From an uncultured Maribacter sp. (lineage in GTDB: Bacteria; Bacteroidota; Bacteroidia; Flavobacteriales; Flavobacteriaceae), in NCBI GenBank assembly GCA_964569345.1, contig CAZMUV010000008.1, forward strand, positions 334 to 64,333: DNA of 64,000 nt. Direction: 5' to 3'. Positions 10,068-19,600 of the stretch are shown piece by piece. A program made the position numbers and the translations under genes. The first letter of the stretch is position 1; each line of letters starts with the position of its first letter. The notes beneath the pieces were generated by a model, which was not told the DNA's origin, made no database searches, and was given only the letters and a program-made list of their open reading frames with translations.

Positions 10068-10609
10068 TTTAAGCGTAGCATAAACTGAGCACTAGAGCGC
10101 AATTGAACTGAAGCTCCTGGAATCTCAGAAACACTGACATTATCCCCAAAATTAGATGCATTGAGCCTTACTTTAGAAGTATTCCTAAGGATATCTAAGC
10201 TTTTTCCTGAATTACCATAAGCTACCTCACGAGTTAATAAGGCCGTAGGTGCAGCATCCATCGTAAAGACCTCCGAATCTAAAAGCTCATCGTTTTCATC
10301 CAAAAACTGCAATTCTATTTGAATAGGCTTACTCGTTGTATTCTCTAATTCATAGGAAATTACGCCCTCTAAAACCCTATCGGCGAAAAATTCCTCCTCA
10401 AAAGCGTCAAAATTAAAGTCCTGAGTAAAAAAACTGATATCCGTTGCACTATTGATCAGTAGCTCTTGCACTTTAACAAAGAAAATGCTGGTCTCCAAGG
10501 TTGGTGTAATGCTTAGCTCATCATATTGTGAAAAATCCTGTTTTTCCGAACAAGCGAAAATCAAGAGCAGCAATACTGAAAGTAAGAGACTGTGTCCTAA
10601 ACGGTTCAT
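10064..10609 (-). CDS. Hypothetical lipoprotein, 181 aa
   Basis: Lipobox IFAC. Translationally coupled to the DUF5723-like gene. Confidence 0.75.
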   Translation of the reverse strand: MNRLGHSLLLSVLLLLIFACSEKQDFSQYDELSITPTLETSIFFVKVQELLINSATDISFFTQDFNFDAFEEEFFADRVLEGVISYELENTTSKPIQIELQFLDENDELLDSEVFTMDAAPTALLTREVAYGNSGKSLDILRNTSKVRLNASNFGDNVSVSEIPGASVQLRSSAQFMLRLK

Positions 10610-10668
10610 AAAGTTAGACTATCGCAACATAAGCAAACTACTATGGCTACATGCTATTAGTATTAACT

Positions 10669-11358
10669 CTATAAATATGTTTTTATTTCCCATAACTCGC
10701 TAATCATAGGACTATGTTGGTGCTCGGCTTCCCCATGTGCGTTAAAATGTAGGGTATGAAGACCTACGCCTTTTGCGCCCAGAATATCTGCTTCCAAGCT
10801 ATCTCCTATCATTAGCGCTGATTCAGGCCTAACCTTGGCCTTTTCCAATGCTAAGTTAAAAATAAACGGATCGGGCTTCTTTACGCCTGCCATTTCGGAA
10901 TCTATCACCTGTTCAAAATAAGGATAGATACCAGAATTACGTAGCTTCTTCTCTTGAATTTCTTGAAAACCGTTGGTAATTATATGTAGTTTATAGTTTG
11001 GTTTTAAATAATCTAGCACCTCCAATGCATTCGGAAACAAAAAAGTATGGGAAGACAATTGATTTATATACTCATCTGCCAGACTATTGATGCAATCATC
11101 AGTAACAGCATATTCTAAAGTATCAAAAACCGATTTTAGGCGCTGGTAGCGAAGTTCCGCTTTTGTGATTTTTTCTTCCCTGTACATTTTCCAAAACACC
11201 AAATTAGCTGGCACATATACCTCTAGAAATGATTCCAATGGAACAGTTATGTCATGGACCGGTAAAATAGTCTCAAACGTGAGGGCTGAGTTCTTTTCAA
11301 AATCCCATAAGGTATGATCAAGGTCAAAAAAAACATCAGTTACTATATCTTTAAACAT
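10669..11358 (-). CDS. yjjG: YjjG-family HAD pyrimidine nucleotidase
   Basis: HAD motifs FDLDHTLWD, ITNGF, KKP, MIGDSLEADI. Confidence 0.85.
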   Translation of the reverse strand: MFKDIVTDVFFDLDHTLWDFEKNSALTFETILPVHDITVPLESFLEVYVPANLVFWKMYREEKITKAELRYQRLKSVFDTLEYAVTDDCINSLADEYINQLSSHTFLFPNALEVLDYLKPNYKLHIITNGFQEIQEKKLRNSGIYPYFEQVIDSEMAGVKKPDPFIFNLALEKAKVRPESALMIGDSLEADILGAKGVGLHTLHFNAHGEAEHQHSPMISELWEIKTYL

Positions 11359-12646
11359 TATAAGTCATTATTAAGTTCTTGTATATTTTTTTCCAGTCAA
11401 ATTTTTCGTCACCTCCCAATAGTTCATTTGAAAAAACAGTTACAAAGGAACCTTCTACATTTTTGATTTCAGTGTAGATCCCTTTTATCTTTTCGCTGAT
11501 CTGCTCTTCGCTTTTAACTGTTAAAAAGGAGTAATCATGAAGTGCGAACGGGTGAATCTTTATGGGCTGTTGCACTTCTAAAGGAATGTCATAAAACTGA
11601 AACGAAGTACACGTACCAGCCCTAAAACCTATTGCATGGGTATATCCCATGGTAAAATCATCAGTAAACTCGGCAGTAACTAGGTTCCTATACGATTCGG
11701 GGACATCAACTCTATTATAGCGCATTCTAGAATACGTTACAGGCCTATTGATAACGCTTTCCAGATTATTCTTTTCCTTTTTCAGCAGCTCTATATCCCT
11801 AAAGGAACTATAAGACGCACCAAGTGCTACTTTGGAATAATCGGCTATGTATTTGATGAGGGACTTAAAACGATTGCTATTTGTGGATACATTTTTATCA
11901 TATTTGGAATAATCCGCAAACTGAAAAAAGAAAATACTCTTAATACCATAGTTTTGGTGCCATTGAATAAGTTGAGCAAAATTATCATAAGGATCCTTTT
12001 CCCTATCGACACCTACCATAATACGCTCCCAAACACGCTTTAACTTAAAGGTGCCTAAATCCAGAACAAACCCTGCCAATCCTCGAAACAGACCTCTATG
12101 GGCATAGGAGTGAGATGTGGTTACATCCAATACAGAAACGTACGTATACTTTCTCTTTTTACATTCCAATTCAGGAAATTTCTCCCTTAGCAGCACCAAC
12201 AATTTTAACGCCCAAATATCTACTACAGGGCGTTGTAAAAAATCGTTCTGATATGCGATACTATCCTTTGGTGAAAACCTGCCGTGCATATCCTTAACAT
12301 GCGGTAAGTACTCTTCATACCTACTTAGTAGATAGAAACTAGCTGCAAAAATATCGAAAGGAACAGCACTACGTTCTCCCGTAGTAAAAAAGCAAGGCGT
12401 TCCTCCCCAATCGTTAATTTGTATTTGAATATCATTAATTCCTTGCTCAAAGAGAAGTTCGTTGCTACGAATAAAAAATTCGTTCTGCAACGGCTGTTTG
12501 GTGTAGGTTATTTTTTCATCCGTATGTTTTATAAAATCCTCTACCTTGGTCGTAAAAGCGATATCTATACCCAAGATTTTGGTGAAAACCTGTTTCATGG
12601 TATAGGTAAACCTAGGTGTAATCTTATGGGTATATATCAATAACAT
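11351..12646 (-). CDS. Polysaccharide deacetylase-like protein (DUF7033-type N-terminus)
   Basis: DIFAASFYLLSRYEEY motif and a C-terminal deacetylase-like region (GFRAGTC). Confidence 0.65.
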   Translation of the reverse strand: MLLIYTHKITPRFTYTMKQVFTKILGIDIAFTTKVEDFIKHTDEKITYTKQPLQNEFFIRSNELLFEQGINDIQIQINDWGGTPCFFTTGERSAVPFDIFAASFYLLSRYEEYLPHVKDMHGRFSPKDSIAYQNDFLQRPVVDIWALKLLVLLREKFPELECKKRKYTYVSVLDVTTSHSYAHRGLFRGLAGFVLDLGTFKLKRVWERIMVGVDREKDPYDNFAQLIQWHQNYGIKSIFFFQFADYSKYDKNVSTNSNRFKSLIKYIADYSKVALGASYSSFRDIELLKKEKNNLESVINRPVTYSRMRYNRVDVPESYRNLVTAEFTDDFTMGYTHAIGFRAGTCTSFQFYDIPLEVQQPIKIHPFALHDYSFLTVKSEEQISEKIKGIYTEIKNVEGSFVTVFSNELLGGDEKFDWKKIYKNLIMTYNV

Positions 12647-13345
12647 TTAGAGTAGTTGATTGTCTGCAAAACTAAAATAATCTTTCCGCGTTACTATGAG
12701 ATGGTCCAAAACTTTAATATCTAAAGACTCAGAAGCTTTCTTTATTTTTTGTGTAATCTGTTTATCGGCGCTACTTGGTTTTAAAGTGCCACTTGGGTGA
12801 TTGTGTGCTAAAATAAGCCCCACGGCACCCAGCTCCAAAGACTGTTTCATTAGTATACGTACATCTACCAAAGTACCCGTTATACCGCCTTTACTAAGCT
12901 GTGATTTATGCAATATTTTATTAGAATTATTAAGATATATAACCCAAAATTCCTCGTGCTCCAATTCTCCTATAACGGGTTGTAGCACCTCAAAAGCATC
13001 TTTACTACTTCCTATTTTAGTCACCTGTAAGGCTTCTTCTCCCCTTCTTCGTCTACCTACTTCCAATGCTGCAGTTATGGTTACCGCCTTTGCTTCACCA
13101 ATACCTTTAAAGGTCATTAATTGATTAATGGACAACTTTCCCAACTCGTTCAAATTATTATCTACCGAAGCTAGGATACGCTTGGATAGTTCCACTGCGC
13201 TTTCAGACCTGCTTCCTGAACCAATCAATATAGCAACCAACTCTGCATCAGACAGTACAGCCCTTCCCTTGTTTACCAATTTCTCTCTTGGCTTATCGTC
13301 ATCAGACCAGTGTTTTATGGAAAATGATGTAGACTTCTCTTGCAT
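12647..13345 (-). CDS. radC: RadC family JAB-domain protein (full-length chromosomal type)
   Basis: PREKL, LSDAEL, HhH KGIGEAKA, AHNHPSG...S..D, VLDH. Confidence 0.92.
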   Translation of the reverse strand: MQEKSTSFSIKHWSDDDKPREKLVNKGRAVLSDAELVAILIGSGSRSESAVELSKRILASVDNNLNELGKLSINQLMTFKGIGEAKAVTITAALEVGRRRRGEEALQVTKIGSSKDAFEVLQPVIGELEHEEFWVIYLNNSNKILHKSQLSKGGITGTLVDVRILMKQSLELGAVGLILAHNHPSGTLKPSSADKQITQKIKKASESLDIKVLDHLIVTRKDYFSFADNQLL

Positions 13346-13349
13346 TGGC

Positions 13350-13357
13350 TAAAGATA
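13350..13357 (-). promoter_or_regulatory. -7 element TATCTTTA for radC (likely leaderless)
   Basis: Near-consensus -7 box 4 nt before the ATG at 13345. Confidence 0.45.
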
Positions 13358-13406
13358 GCGAACTAATTATTTTATCGTAAATTTCCGTATCAATAAAAAA
13401 CAAAAA

Positions 13407-13850
13407 ATGAAATCGTTGCTAACCAATGAGGGTCACGTTGAAATAAAGAACAGATTGGGGCAACTTAGTGAAAACTCTCAACGGAAATGGGGAAAAATGA
13501 CAGTTGGACAAATGGCATGGCATTGCCAATACCCTTTAAAATTAGCCATTCGGAACACGGAAAACACCTCAAAAGGCAATTGGTTCATTAAAACCTTCTT
13601 TAAAAAATCGCTCTACAATGACAAACCTTGGCGCAAAAACCTACCTACAGCACCACAATTCAGAGCTAAAGAAGCTAAGGATTTTAATGGGGAGATAACG
13701 ATACTGAAAGAATTAGCAGATGAATTTAATATGCTTGATTCTAGAGATATGTGGCACCCACATCCTGCATTTGGGCCCTTTACCAAAGAGCAATGGGGAC
13801 AATTACAGTATAAGCATCTAGACCATCACCTAAAACAATTTGGCGTTTAA
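13407..13850 (+). CDS. DUF1569 / DinB-superfamily protein
   Basis: WGKMTVGQM..HC, HPAFG, KHLDHHL.QFGV. Confidence 0.8.
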   Translation: MKSLLTNEGHVEIKNRLGQLSENSQRKWGKMTVGQMAWHCQYPLKLAIRNTENTSKGNWFIKTFFKKSLYNDKPWRKNLPTAPQFRAKEAKDFNGEITILKELADEFNMLDSRDMWHPHPAFGPFTKEQWGQLQYKHLDHHLKQFGV

Positions 13851-13853
13851 GGA

Positions 13854-15209
13854 CTAGACCATTAACTTCTTAAGTCCGTTTAAATCTAATCCTCCGTAAT
13901 TCCCAGAGCTCATTAATAATAGCGTCGAATTTTCATAATTCTCCTCGTTTACATAGCTATGAAAAGAGCTAGCATCGGTAAAAATCTTCAAATCCTCTCT
14001 TTCAAAGGCAATCGAAATTTGTTCGGGAGTAACCTCCTCTAGCTTTTTTATTGCTACTGATTCTGGAAGAAAAAAGATAACCGCTTCATCAGCAGCATCC
14101 AAAGCACCTTTATATTCTTTCAAAAATTCAGGATTAAAACTACTATAGGTATGGAGTTCCAAACAAGCTATTAGTCTTCTATCTGGGTATTGTTCCTTTA
14201 CTGCTTTTGTTGTCGCAGCCACCTTACTTGGGGAGTGTGCAAAATCTTTATAGGCTACACTGGTTTTTCCTTCTGCAATTTTTTCGAGTCGTTTAGATGC
14301 TCCCTTAAAAGTGGCAATAGCCTCAAAAAAATCATCTTCATCTACACCCATATTCTGGCATATCCACTTGGCTCCTGCTAAATTATTCAAATTATGCTTC
14401 CCGAAAACTTCAATAGGCATTGGACCTTCCGGAGTTTCTAATAGTGTTTGCCCATTATCAACTTCATATTCCGGTGTCGTATATCCTAGTTTTCTAATGC
14501 TGTTTTCAGAAGCTTCAACCACTTTTACCACCTCAGCATCCTCCAAGTTGTACGTGATGCTACCTCCATTTACAATACTATCTACAAAGATTTTAAATTG
14601 CTCAACATAATTTTCAAAAGTGGGAAATACGTTAATATGGTCCCAGGCTATACCGCTCAATAAGGCGATATTTGGTTTGTACAAATGAAACTTTGGCCTA
14701 CGGTCTATAGGAGAGGAAAGATACTCATCACCTTCCAACACTATAAAATCGTTCTCCTCGGTCAAATGAACCATACGCTCAAAACCATCTAATTGAGCAC
14801 CTACCATATAATCTACCTCTCGGTTATGAAAATTAAGCACATGTAAAATCATGGAAGTAATGGTTGTTTTTCCATGACTACCCCCAATGACTACCCTCGT
14901 TTTATTTTTAGATTGTTCATAGAGAAATTCTGGATACGAATAAATTTTAACCCCTAACTCTTGAGCCTTCAGTAGTTCTGGATTATCCGCTTTCGCATGC
15001 ATACCCAAAACAATGGCATCCAAATCGCTATGTATCTTTTCTGGAAACCATCCGAAACTTTCAGGCAAAAGTCCTTTTGACTCCAATCTAGATTTTGAAG
15101 GTTCAAAAATGACATCATCGCTTCCGGTTATCTGGTATCCCTTATGTTCAAGTGCCAGGGCTAAATTGTGCATGGCACTACCACCAATGGCTATAAAATG
15201 AATTTGCAT
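13854..15209 (-). CDS. mpl: Mur ligase, Mpl/MurC type (murein peptide ligase-like)
   Basis: IHFIAIGGSAM, GSHGKTT, EGDEY, DFAHSP. It stands outside a dcw cluster, which favours Mpl. Start moved to ATG 15209. Confidence 0.7.
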   Translation of the reverse strand: MQIHFIAIGGSAMHNLALALEHKGYQITGSDDVIFEPSKSRLESKGLLPESFGWFPEKIHSDLDAIVLGMHAKADNPELLKAQELGVKIYSYPEFLYEQSKNKTRVVIGGSHGKTTITSMILHVLNFHNREVDYMVGAQLDGFERMVHLTEENDFIVLEGDEYLSSPIDRRPKFHLYKPNIALLSGIAWDHINVFPTFENYVEQFKIFVDSIVNGGSITYNLEDAEVVKVVEASENSIRKLGYTTPEYEVDNGQTLLETPEGPMPIEVFGKHNLNNLAGAKWICQNMGVDEDDFFEAIATFKGASKRLEKIAEGKTSVAYKDFAHSPSKVAATTKAVKEQYPDRRLIACLELHTYSSFNPEFLKEYKGALDAADEAVIFFLPESVAIKKLEEVTPEQISIAFEREDLKIFTDASSFHSYVNEENYENSTLLLMSSGNYGGLDLNGLKKLMV

Positions 15210-15227
15210 TACATCTGAATTAGTTTT

Positions 15228-15235
15228 CAAAGATA
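15228..15235 (-). promoter_or_regulatory. -7 element TATCTTTG
   Basis: Exact consensus 18 nt upstream of ATG 15209. It lies inside the longer ORF call, which supports the shorter start. Confidence 0.6.
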
Positions 15236-15298
15236 GGGATTGCATTCAGCATCAAAAACCACTGGTTTATTTTTATCTTCGTAAATAAACATAGTGTA

Positions 15299-15616
15299 AT
15301 GAGCTTAAGCCTTGATAAAATAGCATCCAAAGAAATCATACCTGGATACCATGGTAAACTAATACATACAAAAACGATGTCCCTTGTTTTTTGGGATGTT
15401 GAAAAAGATGCGGTCGTACCGGAGCATCATCATATACATGAACAAATTATGCATGTGATGGAAGGGAAATTCGAATTTACTTTGGATGGAGAAACAAAAA
15501 TCTACCTTCCAGGAGATATTGTACCTATTGCTTCAAACCTTCCGCATAGCGGGAAAGCACTAACCCCTTGTAAACTAATGGATGTTTTTAGTCCGGTCCG
15601 GGAGGAGTATAAATAG
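15299..15616 (+). CDS. Cupin-domain protein (KdgF-like)
   Basis: PEHHHIHEQ...G.F cupin motif 1 and PHSG motif 2. Confidence 0.8.
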   Translation: MSLSLDKIASKEIIPGYHGKLIHTKTMSLVFWDVEKDAVVPEHHHIHEQIMHVMEGKFEFTLDGETKIYLPGDIVPIASNLPHSGKALTPCKLMDVFSPVREEYK

Positions 15617-15640
15617 ACGTAGTTCGTAAAACATAATTGT

Positions 15641-16426
15641 ATGGAAATCTCTCTAATAGGAAAAAAAGCACTTGTTGGCGGTGCTAGTGGTGGTATTGGT
15701 AAGGCAATTGCTATTCAATTGGCGGAAAGTGGCTCAAGTGTTACGCTTATGGCGAGAAATGAAGAAAAGCTAAAAATTGCTTTACAGAGCTTAACAATCT
15801 CAGAAGGGCAATCGCATCAATATTTGGTGGTAGATTTTTCCGATTACGAAGAATACAAAAAAATCTTATCAGCGTATTTTAAATCAAATTCTGTTGATAT
15901 TTTAGTCAACAACACCCAAGGTCCAGCTGCCGGAAATACACTTGAAAAACAAGTGAACGACTATCAAATAGCTTTTGACTTACTTTTTAAAACGGTAGTT
16001 TATACAACAGAATTAGCCTTGCCAAACATGATGCAAAACCGTTGGGGACGCATCATCAATGTTGCTTCTGTATCCGTAAAGGAACCTTTATCTTACTTAG
16101 CCTTATCAAATTCTATTCGGGCGAGTTTGGTTACTTGGGCAAAGTCTCTGGCTACAGATGTTGGCGATAAACAAATTACAGTAAACAGTATTCTAACCGG
16201 TTACTTTGACACAGAACGTATCGCGCAGCTTAATTCAAAAAAAGCAGAACAACTAGGGGTTTCAGAAGATGATGTGTTAGCCGATATGAAATCTAAGGTA
16301 CCTGTAAAACGAATTGGTGACCCAAAAGAATATGGGTATTTAGTTAGTTTTTTAGCTTCGGATAAGGCTGCTTATATTACGGGCACCCAAATTCCGATTG
16401 ATGGGGGATTACTTAAATCCTTATAA
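15641..16426 (+). CDS. SDR family oxidoreductase (atypical active site)
   Basis: GASGGIG Rossmann motif, VNNTQGP, IDGG. The usual YxxxK position reads LSNSIR. Confidence 0.85.
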   Translation: MEISLIGKKALVGGASGGIGKAIAIQLAESGSSVTLMARNEEKLKIALQSLTISEGQSHQYLVVDFSDYEEYKKILSAYFKSNSVDILVNNTQGPAAGNTLEKQVNDYQIAFDLLFKTVVYTTELALPNMMQNRWGRIINVASVSVKEPLSYLALSNSIRASLVTWAKSLATDVGDKQITVNSILTGYFDTERIAQLNSKKAEQLGVSEDDVLADMKSKVPVKRIGDPKEYGYLVSFLASDKAAYITGTQIPIDGGLLKSL

Positions 16427-16525
16427 GCACCCCTACCTAGACAAGGCGGGGTGGATTCTATTCCAGCAAGAATTCTCACTTTGAGGACTAAGGCGTTCTA
16501 AAGGCGCTTTCCCTAGACCAAACCA

Positions 16526-16539
16526 CCCTTTCCCTCACT
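16526..16539 (+). repeat. 14-bp direct repeat, copy 1 (CCCTTTCCCTCACT)
   Basis: Identical to 22864-22877. The two copies flank the alpha-2-macroglobulin gene. Confidence 0.6.
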
Positions 16540-16579
16540 TTTCATTGTTTTCAGAGCGCTTTGGCTACATCTTTGTATG

Positions 16580-16587
16580 TAACTTTG
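16580..16587 (+). promoter_or_regulatory. -7 element TAACTTTG; a sigma54-like TGGCTACATCTTTGT lies at 16562-16576
   Basis: Exact TAnnTTTG 64 nt upstream of the ATG at 16652. Confidence 0.5.
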
Positions 16588-16651
16588 AAATCAAATACAC
16601 TCCGTAGTTCTTAACCGTTCTAATTGAAGTGTCTCGCTTAATCATCTCGTA

Positions 16652-19600
16652 ATGAAACAATTTGTAACGCTTATAACCATACTCCTATTCTCTCAAATGG
16701 TACAATCGCAAAAAAATAATGAACCTTTTGAAGTGCTTTGGCAGCAGGTCGAAAAACTCGAAAGGGATGCGTTACCTAAGTCTGCTTTAAAAATAGTATC
16801 GTCCATTTCTGAAAAGGCTAAAAAAGAAAAGAATTCACCTCAAATTATGAAGGCACTGCTCTTCGCTTCAAAGTATGCCATGACTTTGGATGAAGATGCC
16901 CAGCTGAACATCATAAAAGATTTTAAACAAGAAATCGCAATCGCAGAATTCCCGACCAAGAATGTTCTGGAAAACTATTTAGCAAATATGTATTGGCAGT
17001 TTTTTCAACAAAACAGATACCAGTTTTACAACCGAACTAAAACGGATGTAAAGGTAGATTCGGTTGATTTTAGAACTTGGGATTTGACTACTCTTTTCAA
17101 AGAAATAACGGTTCAATTTGATGCTTCGCTCCAAAACGAGGCGGAATTACAACAAACTTCCGTATCCGATTTTGATGCTGTTCTACATCAGCAAGAAGGT
17201 TCCGAAGAATACCGGCCCACCTTGTTTGACCTGTTAGCACAAAATGCACTTGTATTTTACGCCACAAACGAGAACAACATTACAAGACCTGCTGATAAAT
17301 TCGAAATTGACAATCCAGAGCTGCTATGTGATGGGTATGCATTTACCCAGTTAAATATATTCTCTAAAGACGAAACATCATTGCAGGCAAAAGCATTGTG
17401 TATTTATAAAAAGCTATTAACGCTACACTTGCCTTCGAAACAGCCATATACATTTGCAGAAGTAAATTTACAACGGCTACAATTTGTCTATCACAACGCT
17501 ATTTTCGAAAACAAAGACCAGCAGTATTTAAAGGCACTACAGAATGCGGCATCTGCAGGAAAAGGGAATGCAGCGTCAAGTTTGTACAATTATGAGATAG
17601 CGGCACTACTGAGCCAACAAGGCAATTCATATCAGCCTAAAACCAATGAAGAATACCGATGGAATAAAAAAGAAGCACTTGAATTATGTGAGAAAGTATT
17701 AAAAGAAAATCCGGATACTAGAGGCGCAGAAAAGTGTAAAGCATTAAAATCCCAAATTATTTCAAAGAGCTTACAATTAACTACGGAGCGTCATATTCCC
17801 ATAAATAAAACGGCTAGATTATTGGTTAATTATAAAAATTATGACGGTCTACAACTATCAGCTCGCCATATTACACAAAAACAGTGGAACGCACTTGAGG
17901 AGGAATATGATGAAGAAAAGCAACTGGCCTTTATAAAAAAATTATCGATAGCAAAAGCATGGGAAACTTCCTTAAAAATAGAAAACGACTACCAATCGCA
18001 TGGTACCGAAATTGTCATGCCCCCCTTAGAAAATAACCAGTATATAGTCTTAGCTGAACCAAACGACAAAACAGACAAAACCTTTGCCTATGCTCAAGTC
18101 CAAGCGACCAACCTAGCTTTAGTAGAAACCCAGACCAAAACCCATCAGGATTTTCAAGTGGTGGATAGAAATAACGGAAAACCTATTGTTGGTGCTACAC
18201 TGAATTTTCGCTATCGCCTGAATTATGATGGCAAACGATTAAGTAAAAACTTCGTTTCTGATAAAACAGGAACCGTTTCTATCAAAAGAGCCGAAAAAGA
18301 GTGGAGCGACCTGAGTATTACCATCGATTACGAAAAAGATACTGCATTCTACGATGATTATTACATATATCGCAGCTATAACGAAACAGCTCCAGCAGCT
18401 TCTTATTCCTGTTTTCTATTTACGGATCGGAGTATCTACCGACCCGGTCAACCGCTATATTTTAAAGGAATCGCAATAAAAAGTTCCAAAGAAAATTCGT
18501 CACTTTTAAAAAATACGAAAGTTTTGGTTGAATTGAAAGATGTGAATGATCAAGTGGTAAACACCGCCGATTTTGTAACGAATGAGTATGGTTCTTTTTC
18601 TGGAGAATTTATGTTACCCAACAACGGACTCACGGGTCAATTTTCGATACAAGTTCATTCAGTAGTCTATAATTTAAGTGGATATGCCAGCTTCTCTGTA
18701 GAAGAATACAAACGTCCTAAGTTCGAGACCTCTTTTGAACCAGTAACTGAAAGTTATAAAGTAAACGATAGCGTAACCGTAAACGGAACCGCTACCGCTT
18801 ATGCCGGAAGTAATATAACAGACGCCAAAGTTACTTATAGGGTAAAACGCTCCGTGTACTACCCAAGATGGTATTACTGGAGATACGCTAATAGAAACAC
18901 AACTCCCCAAGAAATTGGACGTGGTGAAACCCAAACAGATGGTTCGGGCAGGTATTCCATAGATTTCAAAGCAATTCCTGATAGTAGTACGGATAAAAAA
19001 AATGCACCCACTTTCAATTATGAAATAACCGCAGATGTTACCGACATAAACGGAGAAACGCACAGTACTTCCACGTTTGTAACTGTAGGCTACCATACGT
19101 TAACAGCCAATATGATGTTGGCGAACCCACTGGATAAAGATACCAAAGACCAAAAACTAAGTATTTCTACAAATAACCTTAACGGACAATTCGTATCCGC
19201 AAAAGGGACCGTTAAAATATATAAATTAAAAGCACCCGAATCTGTGTTACGACCTCGTACATGGACTGCCCCGGATTACAAAAATCTTACAAGACAAGAA
19301 TTCAAAAAGATATTCCCGCACGATGCTTTTTCTAACGAACACGACCCCACTACTTGGGAAAAAGGAGTACTTGTTTGGCAATCAGACTTTGATACTGGTG
19401 TATCCAAAGAACTCTCTTTAGGAAACCTTAAGAAATGGATGTCCGGCAAATATATTCTTGAATTGGTGACCCAGGATAAATTTGGTCAGGAGGTTAAAGA
19501 TGTTTTGGAAACAACCGTGTTTAGCCATACCGATAAGAAACTGGCGGACAATGAATTATTTCAAATCAAAACAGACAAGGAAAGCTATCAACCCGGAGAA

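Noticed and set aside
12647-13345. radC as a marker of a mobile element or anti-restriction island
   Set aside because: It is the full-length HhH+JAB chromosomal type, embedded among housekeeping genes with no integrase or transposase nearby.
16427-16460. GC-rich interrupted hairpin after the SDR gene
   Set aside because: The stem is mismatched and has no U-tract. It is too weak to call a terminator or an RNA element.
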